Assembly (NCBI GenBank): GCA_043228905.1
Contig: JBHGNT010000022.1
Span: 7,812,001 to 7,876,000 of the forward strand
Direction of reading: 5' to 3'
Source: Azolla caroliniana
Taxonomy: Eukaryota; Plantae; Polypodiophyta
Length of the DNA: 64,000 nucleotides
Shown: in pieces, positions 51,404-64,000 of the stretch
Numbering within the stretch: the stretch's first letter is position 1
How the letters are laid out: each line of letters opens with the position of its first letter
Notes under the pieces: model-generated
Database searches by the model: none
The model's input: the letters and a program-made list of their open reading frames with translations, nothing else
Told to the model about the DNA's origin: nothing
Translations under genes and position numbers: made by a program

Positions 51404-53757
51404 TATTACCGATTAGGAACACGGTCTACAGTCAATCCTTCGACCTAGACCTCAATACTTAGGGGGATACCTCCCGTATCCTAGTAGCGTATAAGGGGGA
51501 CGACTACAACCGAACTCCTTAGACAGTGGACTAGCAACCACACTGTTACTCACGGCTACACTCTTATGACTGCGCTACGCCACCCAAGAATCACAGACAC
51601 ACAATAGGTGATTCCGCCGTCCGTGGGCTTGCAATAGGTCGCGGCTCTGTTTTGTCCATAATTTCCTCCGTGATGTCAGCCGTAGTCGTACGCTCTGGAG
51701 ACTCGGGTTGGGGTTCCTCTTGGTCCGGAACGTCCTCCTTGATGTCGGCCGTAAGCGTATGCTCTGGTGGGTGGGGTTCCTCTTGGTTTGCGGTTTCACT
51801 GTCTGGTATTGTGGGGGGCTCCGCTTGCCGTTCCGTGCTGTTCACCGTAGTGGTAATTTCCGGTGACATGGGCTGAGGTTCCTCTTGTTCGGTAGTATCC
51901 GGAATTGGTATCGCGATGGATTCCTCGTTTGTTCGCATGCTACCGGCTTGCTTGATCTGGTGAAACTGGTCCTCCTGACTTTCGCCAAAATTATCTAGTA
52001 GCTGTGCGAGTTCCTCAGAATGTTGGTCCGCTAGCGTGCGATAGTCCTACACTAGGTCCTTGTGTACTGCCGCAATGCTTTCCTCATTGAGTTTGTAGAA
52101 TCCTCGGTCGTGCTTCCTTCTGTTCTCCCAGTCCGCCAGGTACATATGCAATTCTGCCTCTTGTGTAGCCCACGCCATCCCTCCTTTGTCTAGCGCCAAT
52201 TTTAATTGCGCCGTAAACCTCTCCTGATTCGTTTGCAGAAGGATGTGCACGTTGTCTGTTATGGCTTGGCAACGGTTGCGTGCTTCTTCTACGGATTTCT
52301 TAAGGTTTGCAATTTCTTGTTGACTAACTGCCGCCGCTTCCTCATAAGTGCTCCTCATTCCTGCCCAGATCTGAGATTCCATCGAATGTAGTTTTTCCAG
52401 TTTTCCCATTTCATTGTTCAGGCGGATTTCTAGCTGATGCCTCCTCTCTTGTTCTCCCACTAGCTGCTCGTCGAACCATGCTTTCTTCTTCTCCAATAAG
52501 GCCTAGAGTCCCACGATTGCAGCTTCTGATTTTTTGCATCCTCCTATAATTGGGCATTTTCTTCTTTCGTCCGGGTGTGCTGTGCTGTCTCCGTTGCGAG
52601 TTTCTCTTCAAGGGTCTTCACTACCTTTCGGCCGTTGGCCCGAATGTCCTTTTCTCTATCCGAGGACTGGCGAAGTTCAGTGCAGAGACGGTCAATCTTT
52701 GATTCCGCCAGTTGCACGACTCGTTTCGCTTTCTAGGCAATGGCGGTCTTAGCTTCAATTTCTTCCCTTAGGGCTTCGACGGCGTTGGTTCTTGGTGGAG
52801 CCGCCTGTTGCGCCGTAGTCGCGTTATTTTCCAACTCCGTGATGCGTTCATTGGCCCTTTGTAGCTCGGCTTGGGTCAGTTTAACCTTTTTCCAAACATT
52901 TTTATTTTTAATCACCATATCCTTGGCGCCCATACTGACCTTTGCCAGTTCCCTATGCACTTCGTCAAGGGCCATGTTTAATGGGGGGTAGTTCCATCCC
53001 CATTCAGAGTATACCGGCATTCCTCTGCCTGTCGACTCTGGCTAGCTGATCCTCATCGTCGCTTTCCGCCGTTTGTGTTAACGCGCACTCGATCATTTGG
53101 TGCTCCGTGTGCTCCTCGGCCATTCGTTGTGAGACTTTCATCTGTTGCGTTGCCAAGAATTCCATGAGTTCAAAAGTGGTTTCAAACTGTAATAGTGCGC
53201 CGAACTCATGGGCCGTGTCCGGAATGTCTGGATATGCCACGACCTCGCTTTCCGCCATCAATACGGCTTTCCCCCGCTGTGACTGGGCTGTAATGATTGG
53301 CCGTGGTTCCTGGATTACTTCGAAGGTGGTGTTGGGCTCCATAGCTACGGAGTTGTCGCCCATGGTTGTTGTCTCCGTCGCTACAAGTGTGTCTTTAACT
53401 AACCCGCACCCATCTTTCCTGTCCAGTGTCCGCCATTTCGGCCTTGGGCTTTCCTATCATGGTTCAGCTTCTGGCTCCTGTGCCGCTTCCTCGGTGCGCT
53501 CAGCCTGCTCTTCCTGTGTTGTTAATCCTTAGGGTCAGACAACAGCCTAACACAGGGTGTCCACTTAAGACACTTCACCAAAGGGTGTTACAGGCCTTTA
53601 TATAGGTCACCGGTGCGAAGTACAAAACGGTGCCAACCGGCACCTATTCGGAATCAGTCCGGATCCGGATTGGCATACCGATTCCGGTCCATCCGTCCAC
53701 ATCTTCTCATATATTCATATATTAAGACTAGTAATTACAACTGATTCCCAAATAACA
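51404..53757 (-). repeat. Putative ~2.35-kb 3' LTR containing a decayed ORF
   Basis: Minus strand: PPT GAAAAGGGGAA then TGTTATTTGG at 53757; TATATAAA ~53600; ends GGTAATA (TAACA with C>T) exactly where Copia D coding (VFNYLAYVHV) resumes. Confidence 0.65.
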
Positions 53758-53769
53758 ATTCCCCTTTTC

Positions 53770-56684
53770 ACACCCTGGTCTTGGCGTCCTTAGCTCCTTT
53801 GCCGGCCGGGTAACACATTGCATGCCCGAGGGACAGTACCTTGTACGTCGAATCCCACACCGGCCCCTTACCCTTCATCCAAGATATCTAGGATGCTTTA
53901 CTCCAGGGTCTCCAGTGGCTCGTCGGGAATCTGTTGTTGTTGTTGTGGCTGCTATTGTTGTGGCTATTGCGACTCCGGCTGTGACTCCGATTGTTGCTCT
54001 GGCACGGGCGTTTCCTTCGTTGTTTCCTCCGTCGGAGTTGTCTCTGGTTGACTTACCCCGGCCTGGTCCCCGTCTGGTCCTTGTACCGGCTACAGTTCCT
54101 CATCATTGAGGATGACCGTTGCCGCCTGCTTTGCTTTTTCTTCCCTAAGCCGGAACCACTCGTAGCTCTCAAACTGGATTTGAGCATCCATCCGATCATT
54201 GTCCAGTTGAGCTATGAGTTGCCGGACCTGCACCAATTGCTCATCCGCCAGAGTTGTGAAATCTTCTACCAGCTCATCCTTTATGGCGGTGAAGTCCTCC
54301 GATGTGAGCATGTAACAGTCGTCACCTTCCTTCCGCCGGTTTTCCGCGTCCGCCCTGAGCAACTGGAGTTCAGCCGTATTCTGCACCCATTTCGTCCACC
54401 ATCGTACGGAGCTCTCATCAATCAAGCGTTTGGTCTTGTTTAGCCATGCCCGGAGGATGCACTGGATCCGGTGGGTTCCCATCTGTGATTTGTTCTCCGC
54501 GGCGTGTCACTCCTCTTTCAATTGCTTGATGATTCTGATCATGTCCGCCTCCTGCTCCCTATAATGCGACAATTGACTTTGATAGGTTGTTTGCAACTTA
54601 TGTAACACCATTGTCGCCCTTCCTTTTCTTCATGGTGCTGCTTGTGGAGCTCCATCTGGTCCCTCGCCGCTTCCTCCAATAGCTTTGTATTCTCAGCCCG
54701 TTCGTCGGCGAGTGCCGTCGTGGCCCGATCAACTTCCTGCTTGACCTCAGCCATCCTTTCCTACTGTTGCTTATGCTCCGTGTCCAAGCTCTTAATGTTC
54801 CGGTGCAGGTGGTCGAAGTCCTTTGTCTTCTGCTTCAGCCTCTAGTTGATTTGCCGGCGAGCGCGGTCTTCCCGGTCCTTTTGTTGATGGAGTTCTTCTT
54901 TCAGCCTTTCGATTTCCGTTTCCGCCATCTATCACAGCTTGTCCTTCTCCTGCAACAATTTTTCTTTTTCCTCCTTTAGCCGGTCGTAAGCTTGATGCCC
55001 TTTCCGCAGATTTTCTTCTGCCCGGCGGAGGTTTTCAACAGTCTTCTTTAACTCTTCTTCTGCCGCTTTCTTCAAATCTCGTTCGCGCTCTGTAGTGCTT
55101 CTTGTGCGGCAAGTTCGTCCCTTCGTTCGGCAAGCTCTAGGGCTTGTGCCACATCTTTCTCTGGGACGGTTTTTGTCTTCAGGGTCTTATTCGTATGTAC
55201 AAGCGTGGTTGTTTCTTTATTCTGTACATCCACCGGAGTTACTGGTGCTTGGATCTGTGTTGCGGTTAAGGCCATTTTGGCCATGTCTTCTGTGACCCGA
55301 TCCAAGTCTTGTTCAAGGCACCGGATCCTTGACCGGGTGGTCTCTAGTTCATCGGTTGTGACTAGCAACCGTTCCATCTGCGCTCGTTCTTCCGCCTCTA
55401 CATACAGTATCACCTTGGCAACTTGCTCTCCTATCCACCGGAGCCATTGGCTGCCGGTGCCCTGTTGTTGCGTCTGCACGGAGGGTTGGCTGATGGGTTC
55501 ACTTGCCAGTGGCCGGTCCCGCCTAACTGTGTCGAGCTACAATTCCGGCTCTGCCTGCTGACCACTTTGTCGTTCAGGTTCCGGTTGTGTTTCGGCTGGC
55601 CGCTCTTGTTCTGCTTGTTCTTGGCCGGCTAAGGAAGGTGGCACATGCCTTACTAGCGCTTGCATTTCGGGCCTTGCCGTTTCCTGACCCGCCGGTATTG
55701 CCTGTTGTGCAGGGGCTTCTGAGACCGGTTCCATCTGAACCGGTTTCGGTTCCTCCCTTGGCGTGGGATTCTCAGTGTGGGGTAAAGGCGTTCCATCCTT
55801 CTGTGGGTCCGAACGCTTCTCGGCTGATTCTGCGGTGCTCGTCGTCGGCCGCCGCTGGAGGTGCTCTGTAGGTTCTTCCTCCGTTTCCTCCTCCTGCGTC
55901 CCGACATTCATTCTTGCCACCAGGGTGTCCGTTTCTTGCTGCACCGGTCGGCGGAGTGTGCTCTTCAAGGGCCATGCCGGTGTCTCCTCCTGCGTGTCCG
56001 TCGGCTACTTCCGGATGGCGCACTCCTTCGCCGCCTGCTCCGTGTCGGCCGTCTTCCCCTTAGTGGTCTTTGTGTCCAACAACTGCTGTCATTTTGAAGT
56101 AGCTTTCGGGGTGCCATCCGTTGCTCTTCCCCACTTCTTGGTTTGGACGGGCTCGACAGGTGGCGCCAATAGGGTGAGCCATTGCGCCACCGCATGCCAT
56201 ATTTTCCGGCCTTCTTTGGCTTCCTTACCTCTTACGGTGTCAATAGCCGCACACAATCCGTCGGCGATCAGCACCGACCAATCCACCTTGACCCCTTCGT
56301 ATGTTACGATGATCAAGCTTGCTCGGTTCTGAGGCATAACGGGGGGTCGAGAGTATACGTGACCAAACTCATGGAGTACACGGGCAATTTCTCGGAATAA
56401 CATATCTTCTCTGCCCTGTGTCCTGTAGCCCTTGCTGGCTAGAGAATACTCGCCGAAGTATTTGATGAGCCGTTCGGAGGTAGGGTTGTCAATAGTATAG
56501 ATGCCCCCCTCCGGAAGGCATGTTAATGCACGGATCGCTTCCTCCGTGATCAACTCAGTGTCAATTTCTTTGATGATCTTGTCGGCTTCTCTGTGTGGTG
56601 GTGCGTCCATGATTGTGAGGAACCCCTCCAATCCCTGCTGTCATAGCCATTTCTTGGCGGCCTCAGAAAGAGTCTAGCAGTCCA
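53770..56684 (-). pseudogene. 3' extra ORF ('env-position'): globular N-terminus, acidic/Pro linker, long coiled coil
   Basis: ORF pieces 56089..56631 (..KVDWSVLIADGL..AQWLTLL), 55537..55968, 55072..55479, 54090..54482 lie between integrase and the PPT. Confidence 0.7.
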
Positions 56685-59600
56685 TCTCTGTGTCGAGGTC
56701 AGACAACGTTGGTGAGGGCTGTGTATGAGGAAGCTTTGTGTGTGGAGGCTTTGTGTGTGTTGGCTCTCTTCTGATGATTTTCAAGCGCCTGTGTGCGTTT
56801 GTGCTCCTTTGTTCGCGAAAGGTGAAGGTCTCGATGCGTGGGGGGTTTTCTCTCTGCATCTTGGCACCTTTTTCGAGCATACGCGTGTGCAGGTCGTGTA
56901 CTATAATAGCATTACGTGCCAGGTGGCGGTGGTTTAATGCCCTATTCATACCCCCCTCGTACCTTTTCGAAGTGCCTCTTTACTCCTCGTTTGCGTGCCC
57001 TTTCACACCACTCCTTTGCATGATTTCTTTGATTCGTTTCGATTTTTTTTAATTTTTTAATTATTATTATTATTATTATTATTTTTAATATCAATTGTTA
57101 GGTTAATTCGTCTCCGGTCCTATCGGACCCTTACCTGAATGAGGAATCTCGCCGGCCTCGTGATGGTTTGCCGTCCTCTTATCCAACCTGTGTGCCGGCT
57201 GTTTGTCCCCCTTACCAGCTTCGTTGTTGCCGATTGTTAATCGGGTTGCCGTTGTTTCCGGTATGCCGATATCTGGTTCGGCATCGGCCTTTCCTTGTTC
57301 AAATGGGTTCCTCGGCATGGGTCCCTTGTATGGCTTTAGTCGAAATCCGTTGACCCACTTACCTAGGACCTCGCCAACAAGTGTCCCTAACCGGTAGGAT
57401 CCATTGAACTCGCGTGTGATCCAGTACGGTCCGGTCCACCGAAACCGTAGTTTCCCTGGCATCTTTCCCATCTGGGTCTGGAACACTAGACCGGCTTGCC
57501 GATTCCAAACATCTTTTCATTTCCTTTTCGGTGGCGATCTACAAACGCCTTTCTTCACCGCTGCTCCAGTTCCAAGTGCATGATACTCGCTAGTCGGTGT
57601 TCTTCTAGTTCACACAGAGCTGCTAACAGAATTGCCTCCGATTCCTTCTCGTTTAACCGTTCCCTAAACTGAATCCGTAAGCTCGGGACTTGGAACTCTA
57701 CCGGCATGATGGCCTCCAATCCGAATGCTAGCCTGAACGGTGTGGTTTCGATGCTTGTTTTGTAGGCTGTCCGGTAAGCCCAGAGTGCGTTGTGCAACTT
57801 CGTATCCCAGTCTGTTCGGTTTTTGTTGACGATTTTCCGAAGGATATTCTATAGCGTTTTGTTCGTCGACTCGGCTAACCCGTTTGCTTGCGTATAGTAT
57901 GGCGTGCTCCGTTTATGTACCACCGCATAGAACGACGTCAAGATTTCTACCACTTGTCTGAGGAAGTGTCCTCCTTGGTCACTTATTAGCTCAATTGGGC
58001 ATCCATACCTACACCAGATGTATTCATACAAGAATTTTGCCATCGATGCCGCGGTGTTGTCGCGCAAGCCTTTGGCTTCTACCATTTCGTGTAGTAATCC
58101 GTTGCGACAATTACATACCGGTTGCCGGTTCTCATCGCCGGTGGTTTAAATGGACCCACAAAATCCAACCCCCATTTCTGAAATGGTTCTAACGGTAATA
58201 CCGGCTGGTGCAACATCCAAGCTTGTTCGGTTGGCTGGCCCATTCGCTGACATAGATCACATTCTTTAGCGTACCGGACCGCGTCTTTCAATGTTGTCAG
58301 CCACCATAGGCCACTCTATCATGTCTTCCTTGGCGTAGCATCTCCGGCGTAATGGCCTCCGACGACTCCGCAGTGTGCTTCTCGTAGTATTATATCCTTC
58401 TCGTCGCTGCGCACCACCCGTCGCCATATACCGTCCGCGCCACGCGTACTAAACAGAAGTGCCGGCTTTGTATCGCCACGCGTTTCCTCTCGTCCCGGTT
58501 CATCTCCTCCGGAGGCAATCCGGTGCTCAGAAATTGTTGCATATTCGTTAGCCACTTATCTTCTTGTGCCACCGTTTCATCTGTTGCCGTTTCCGCGGTG
58601 ACTCGAAATAGCTCAGCATCCGAAAACTCGTCTGGGACTCCGTCACCAGTCTCGCCGGAATCTAATCGGCTCAAATAGTCTGCTACTGCGTGCTATATGC
58701 CGGGTCGGTGGAATATTTTTAACTCAAATTCCTGCAACAGTAACGTCCACCGTGCCAACTTATTGGTTAGTGACGCTTTGGAAACTAAATAGAGGAGCGT
58801 CGAATGATCTACGTGGAAGGAAAATTTCCTTCCCAACAAATAATGTCTAAATTTTGTCACGCTGTAGATCATGCCCAAATCTTCCCTTTCTGTGGTGGAA
58901 TAATTTCGTTCGGGTTGGGATAACTTTCGGCTCGCGTAATACACGGGCCGGTACCACCTTGGCTCCGTAAGTTCCATCAACGCACTTCCGATTGCAATGT
59001 CGGACGCATCCACGAACACATGAAACTCCTTAGCCCAATCCGGGGGTTGCACTACCGGCGCTTGCGACAATAGTACTTTGAGTGCTTGGTACGCCTTGTC
59101 TTCGGTGTCGGTCCACTAGAACTGTGTTCGGTGTGCCGTAGCATGCAGTGGTGTAGCTAGGTCCGCCAAATACCGGAGCATTCAGCTATGCCACCGGATT
59201 TGGCCTAAGAAACGGCTTAATGCTTTGGCCGTTGTTGGTGCCGGTGCCTTCAAGATTGCTTTTACTTTGTCTGGGTCCACGACAATTCCTTCCTTGCTCA
59301 CAGTGTGTCCTAATAGCGCCCCGCTTGACACTCCGAATACACATTTTGCCGGATTCAAGCTTAGTTGGTAAGCCCGACATTTCTCTAGAAACAGTCGGAG
59401 GTGCTGAAAGTGATCTCCTTCCCGGCTATAGACGGCGAAGTCATCCAGAAACACCTGCATGAATGCCGGTATGAATTCTCTGAATATTTCCATGATGATC
59501 CTCTGGAACGTTGCCGACGCCATTTTTAGTCCGAATATCATTACTACGGCAACAAACACTCCCCATTCGGTGACGAAAGCCGTTTTCTCCTGGTCATCGG

Positions 59601-61294
59601 GGTGCATCCGGATCTTGTTGTATCCGCTGAATCCGTCTTAGAAACTATATCGCCGGCGACTGCGTCCAAAACTCCATCCGTAAATGGAAGTGGGAATGCA
59701 TCTGTTACCGTTGCTGCATTAAGCTTACGGTAGTCGATACAAACTCTAATTTTTCCGTTTTTCTTTGGTACGACTACTATCGGGCTCAACCATGTAGATT
59801 TCTTTACTGGGCAGATAAAGCCAACCCTCAGCAACTTGTCGATCTCCTCCTTGACTTTGGCGGCGTAATTTCAATTCATCCGGTACCGCCGCTGTGCTAC
59901 TGGTTTGGCGTCTTTGCTCAAATGTATCTGATGCTAATATAGCTGAGGATCGAGCCCTCGCATATCCTCATAAGACCAAGCAAACACGTCCGGAAATTCT
60001 TTGAGAAGTGTAATCATCGCCGTTTTGTTCTCCGGAGTCATTTCCTTGGCGATGTGCACCGGTCTCGCCTCTTCCGTAGTTCCTAGATTTACCTCCTCTA
60101 GTTGGGATGCTTTAACCCGTTACGATACGGCCATTTCTCTTTCCAGCGCCTCCTGTGCTTGCCGTAGCTCCCAGATCACTTGTTTATTTGGTTCCTCGTT
60201 GGCTCTGTCCGGTGGCAGTATGTATGGCGATACGACTTTCGCTACATCGATTTCGAACAGAGGTACGATCTTCGGATTTTCCTGCAAGTATTGATCTACC
60301 TCTTCGGCTGTCGTCCAGCATATTGACGCATTCGGCATATAGGGGTGTCAATTCCTTCCCGGTACCCGTCCGTGGTTGTGTCGGTACCCGTACTTTTGCT
60401 TTTCCCTACCGGAAGGTGATTATATTCTTCCTCCAGTTTTGTTTAATGTGCGCCGTTTTCAACCACGGCCGCCCCAACAATAGTGGGTAAGCTCCTTGTG
60501 CCTGTAGTTGTAGCACTACTGCAGCGATGCAAAATGTGTGGCCGCCGATCGTTACTTCCAAATCTCGTATCAAGCCGGTCGGTCGCACTGAGCATGTATC
60601 CGCCATCCGTAGCCAGAACGGGCATGGTTCCCACTCTTGGATTCCCAAGGTTTTGCACGTTCGGAGGCTAATCACATTGACGCCGGATCCTCCATCTATT
60701 ACTGTTCCGGGTAACTCATTTCCCTTCACGATGGTTGTGATCGCCGGACTGTTTGTGTCTACTACTGTCGGTCCCTCCTCCGGATTTGAGAAGAATGTTG
60801 GAGCCAATGGTGTTTCTCCTGCCATCATGCCTGTCTTGAGTTCTTCTGTGAGTTTGGGCACTAGCTACAGGAGCCGTCCTAATGGCAACGTGATTTGGCA
60901 TTCCTGCAATGCCTGCCATGTCGCATTTTCAAGCTGACTGCCGCTGGCGAGCTCTTCGGTATTTTCCTTTTGCTGCGCAAGCTCTGCCATGTTTCGCGCA
61001 TTCACCTTTTTTACCCATTTCGTTGCCTGCTTGAGGATGGCCTCTTGCGCCTCCCATTCCGTTGCCTTACCCTTCAATCTTGTGGTTACTTGTTGCAGGT
61101 CTGCGACTTCGGCGACTACCATGTTCACCGCCGGTTGTTTATCATAACTATTTGTCGGGCATTGATTACTCTAATGTCCTTCTTGTCAGCAATAGTAGCA
61201 ATATGCTTTCCGGGTAGTGTTGGATTCGATGTTGTTTCCTACCCCCGGTGGAGGACCTGTGGTAACAGCAAGGCTTTGATCCGGTTGGCTGCTT

Positions 61295-64000
61295 GAGGCG
61301 CCCTTCTCCGATTCCCGTAAGGCGAAAGCCGAGAGGTGTATCTTGGTCGGCTACTCGGACGAGCAGAAGGTTTATAAGTGTTATAATCCTCGCACCAAAC
61401 AAGCACACGTGAGTCGTGATGTTGTATTTCACGAGTCCGCGTCCTGGTACTTGCCTCCGACTGCGGACCTCACCTCCAATCCGAGTTCTGATGATGAGGT
61501 CAGTGAAGCCGAGATGCCCCTGAATGAGCCTGAAATATAGACCCACGAAGAGAGCCTGATTTCATTTCAGTTAAGCGGACCGGATGGACGACTGAGTTGG
61601 TTCGACCAACCCGATGAAGAGCCGGCGAGTAGTGGAGACTCGGCCGTGCATTCCCCGCGTAGGAAGCCAAGGAGACGGTTTATGTTGTCGTGAAGATTTT
61701 CGGCGATAGTGTGAAACTTGTAAGGAACATACGAAATCAAGTGTGGTTCTTCTCACGAAATATAAAACAATAATAGTAAAGATACTATTTTAAATAAGTT
61801 TAATATCTTGGTACAAAAAGATGGAGGTCTTGAAGAGCTTCTCAATGTACTTTACTATGTAGGAAACAAACATCTAAGTGTCAAGTTATGTGGGTATAAA
61901 GTTTGCAAAGAAGAAGAGAAAAATATGTGATATCCCACATAGACAAGACAAATAAGGAACCCGCCATATATAAGGCAGAGCAAAAGCTATTATCTTTGTT
62001 TCTATGTGTGGAGCATGGAAAGGTTAAGTTGTATGACTTAACAAATGGATGTAGCCAAATGCATATAACTATATGTTTTGGACGAATCCAGCGACAGCGA
62101 CCGACGGAAGCAACCAACGGCGGCAATCGACGGTGTCCGACGGTATCCGACGACGACGGGATCCGGCATCCGACATCACTCGGCGACCGCGACCAACGGA
62201 GTTGACGAGCCGACGACCGAACGGAGAAATGCCTTGTAAAAATACATTAATAATAAAAAACATGTGTATATTCAAAAGGAGTGCAAGTGAAGACTTTATG
62301 CTTGCACCTCCACATTGAGAGTCTATAGACTTACCACCAGGCTATGTTATTTCTTTAGAAATGTTTTCCCTATCATTACAATTTACATGTAAATTCTCAT
62401 ATTAGAGCTTAATTGAGTGAGATGTGATGCATGAGCGCCAAATGGCAAACATGCATCACATGCATTCCATGCATTGTATGCATGTCTTGTACGCTCACAT
62501 GCATCATATGCATGGGTGCGTCTATAAAAGGATGGATGAAAAGGATGAAAGGTATGTTGTGTATTATTCATGAATTTAAGAAGAAGAAAAATTCGTTCTC
62601 CAATTGATGGTGTATCTTGTTTCCTAAATCTAAAGCCAAGGGTCCAAACTTAATCTCTCTCTATCTCTCTCACGCCATATCAATCTCTCTCGACCCAAAG
62701 TCGAGCGTTAAAATCTCTCTCTCTTTTACTCTATCTTAAATCCTTTCTCACTAAAGCTAGCGCCAACTTCGAGTCCTTCCGGTCCAAAACCCCAGCGGTT
62801 CCGCCTCACGATCCGCGCGTAGTGATGGATCTTCACGACAACACGCAAAAAAAAGGAAAGAAAAAGGTGTCGGATTAAGGCACGGATAGGAACGAGTCGG
62901 ATTGACGCAAGTCCGACTCCGAGGGAAACGATGACGAGTCTTCGAGAGCGAAGTCCGTGTCGGCTAAGAAAGCCTCAACTTCGGCTAATGAGCAATTACG
63001 CAGATCAACCCGCTAGAAGAACCCTTTTGTGTGGTTCAGTTACAACGAGTACATGGCGCATCACTATGCGTACATGACGCGTGTAACGGAAGTGCGTGAG
63101 CCGGAGTGCCTTGCAGAAGCGGTGAAGGACTCGAATTGGCGTGCCGCAATGGAGGAAGAGATGTGCGCATTAGCGGAAAATGACACTTGGGACCTGGTTG
63201 ACACATCGAAGGGTGTGAAGCCGATCGAATGCAGGTGGGTGTACAAGGTCAAGTACAACACCGACGGATCGGTCAACCGATACAAGGCCCGGTTAGTAGC
63301 AAAAGGCTACGCGTAGAAACACGGCATTGACTACGATGAGACATTTGTGCCGGTCGCGAAGATGACGACCGCCCGTGTTTTGCTCGCAGTAGCTGCGGCA
63401 AAGGGGTGGCACTTACATAAGATGGATGTAAAGAATGCATTCCTACAAGGTGAGCTTGAGGAACAGGTATAGATGGCCCAACCCCCCGGATTTCACTCCG
63501 GAACGAACACTTCGGCGGTGTGCCGATGGAAGAAGTCCCTTTACGGCCTAAAGCAAGCCCCGCGTGCCTGGGCTTTGCGATGTCGAAATCGGACTCCTCA
63601 CTGTTCATCTGGAAAGGTCGACTCGGGACGGTTAGTATTCTACTTTATGCTGATGACTTGGTCATCACTGGCGCTGACCTAAATGAAATAAACCGCGTGA
63701 AGCTCTAGCTTGCAGCATCATTCGATATGAAGGATCTGGGGGATCTTCATTACTTCCTCGGGATCGAAGTGATCCGCACCCCCGAAGGCATATTGTTCAG
63801 GCAACGACATTACATGCTGAGTATGCTCTTCAAATTCGGGATGGCCGACTGTAAGACCGTCTTGACTCCTCTGGATAGAACTGTCAAGCTTCGCCCTGAT
63901 TCTGGAAAGGTATGCGACCCGATGAGGTTCCAGCAGATAGTCAGAAGCCTTATATACTTGACCATCAGTCGACCAGATCTCAGCTACCCGGTCAAGATGA
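61295..64000 (+). mobile_element. Ty1/Copia 'F' fragment (integrase end + RT), runs off the window
   Basis: CILVGYSDEQKVYKCYNP; [27 protein letters not shown]; LLYADD; FDMKDLGDLHYFLGIEV. Confidence 0.9.
61683..62843 (+). mobile_element. 1.16-kb non-coding insertion (solo-LTR-like) with a perfect 15-bp terminal inverted repeat
   Basis: TGTTGTCGTGAAGAT ... ATCTTCACGACAACA; internal TATAAAAG at ~62523 and a CT-rich tail; removal rejoins the Copia F linker. Confidence 0.8.

Larger units (their letters stand above)
51404..61292 (-). mobile_element. Athila-like non-chromovirus Ty3/Gypsy, 5'-truncated: gag end-PR-RT-RH-INT (61290-57103), extra ORF, PPT, putative long 3' LTR
   Basis: VIDGGSGVN, WLSPIVVVPKKNGKIRVCIDYRKLN, FLDD, VFVDASD, KWGLDFVGP, ISDQGGHF, WTGPY; no extra archaeal-type RNase H seen. 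Confidence 0.9.

Overview
Repeat-dense eukaryotic (land-plant) DNA. A fern or other non-seed plant is my inference from the Tcn1-type chromoviruses, RTEX-like LINE and PLS-PPR relics. The window opens with a 345/346-bp satellite organised as a 5-monomer 1727-bp higher-order repeat, ending ~115 bp before a spliced hAT transposase gene. Most of the rest is nested LTR retrotransposons (five Ty1/Copia, four Ty3/Gypsy, solo LTRs), one LINE, a second decayed hAT and PPR pseudogene fragments. The only intact host gene is a two-exon family-1 UDP-glycosyltransferase (36547..38102). Highlights: two chromovirus families share a tRNA-independent, Tf1-like self-priming signal (12-mer AAATTGGTTCAA 33 nt after TATA, complementary to the PBS), and both copies are rearranged at their LTRs. 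One has three tandem LTRs plus an inverted terminal LTR inside an intact 5-bp TSD; the other has a fold-back reading as primer + minus strong-stop DNA. Also notable: an Athila-like element whose ~2.35-kb putative LTR contains a long coiled-coil ORF, and a short-LTR Gypsy with a 4-bp TSD and two tandem GGGAAAC -1 frameshift sites. All coordinates were read by eye; no database searches were run.
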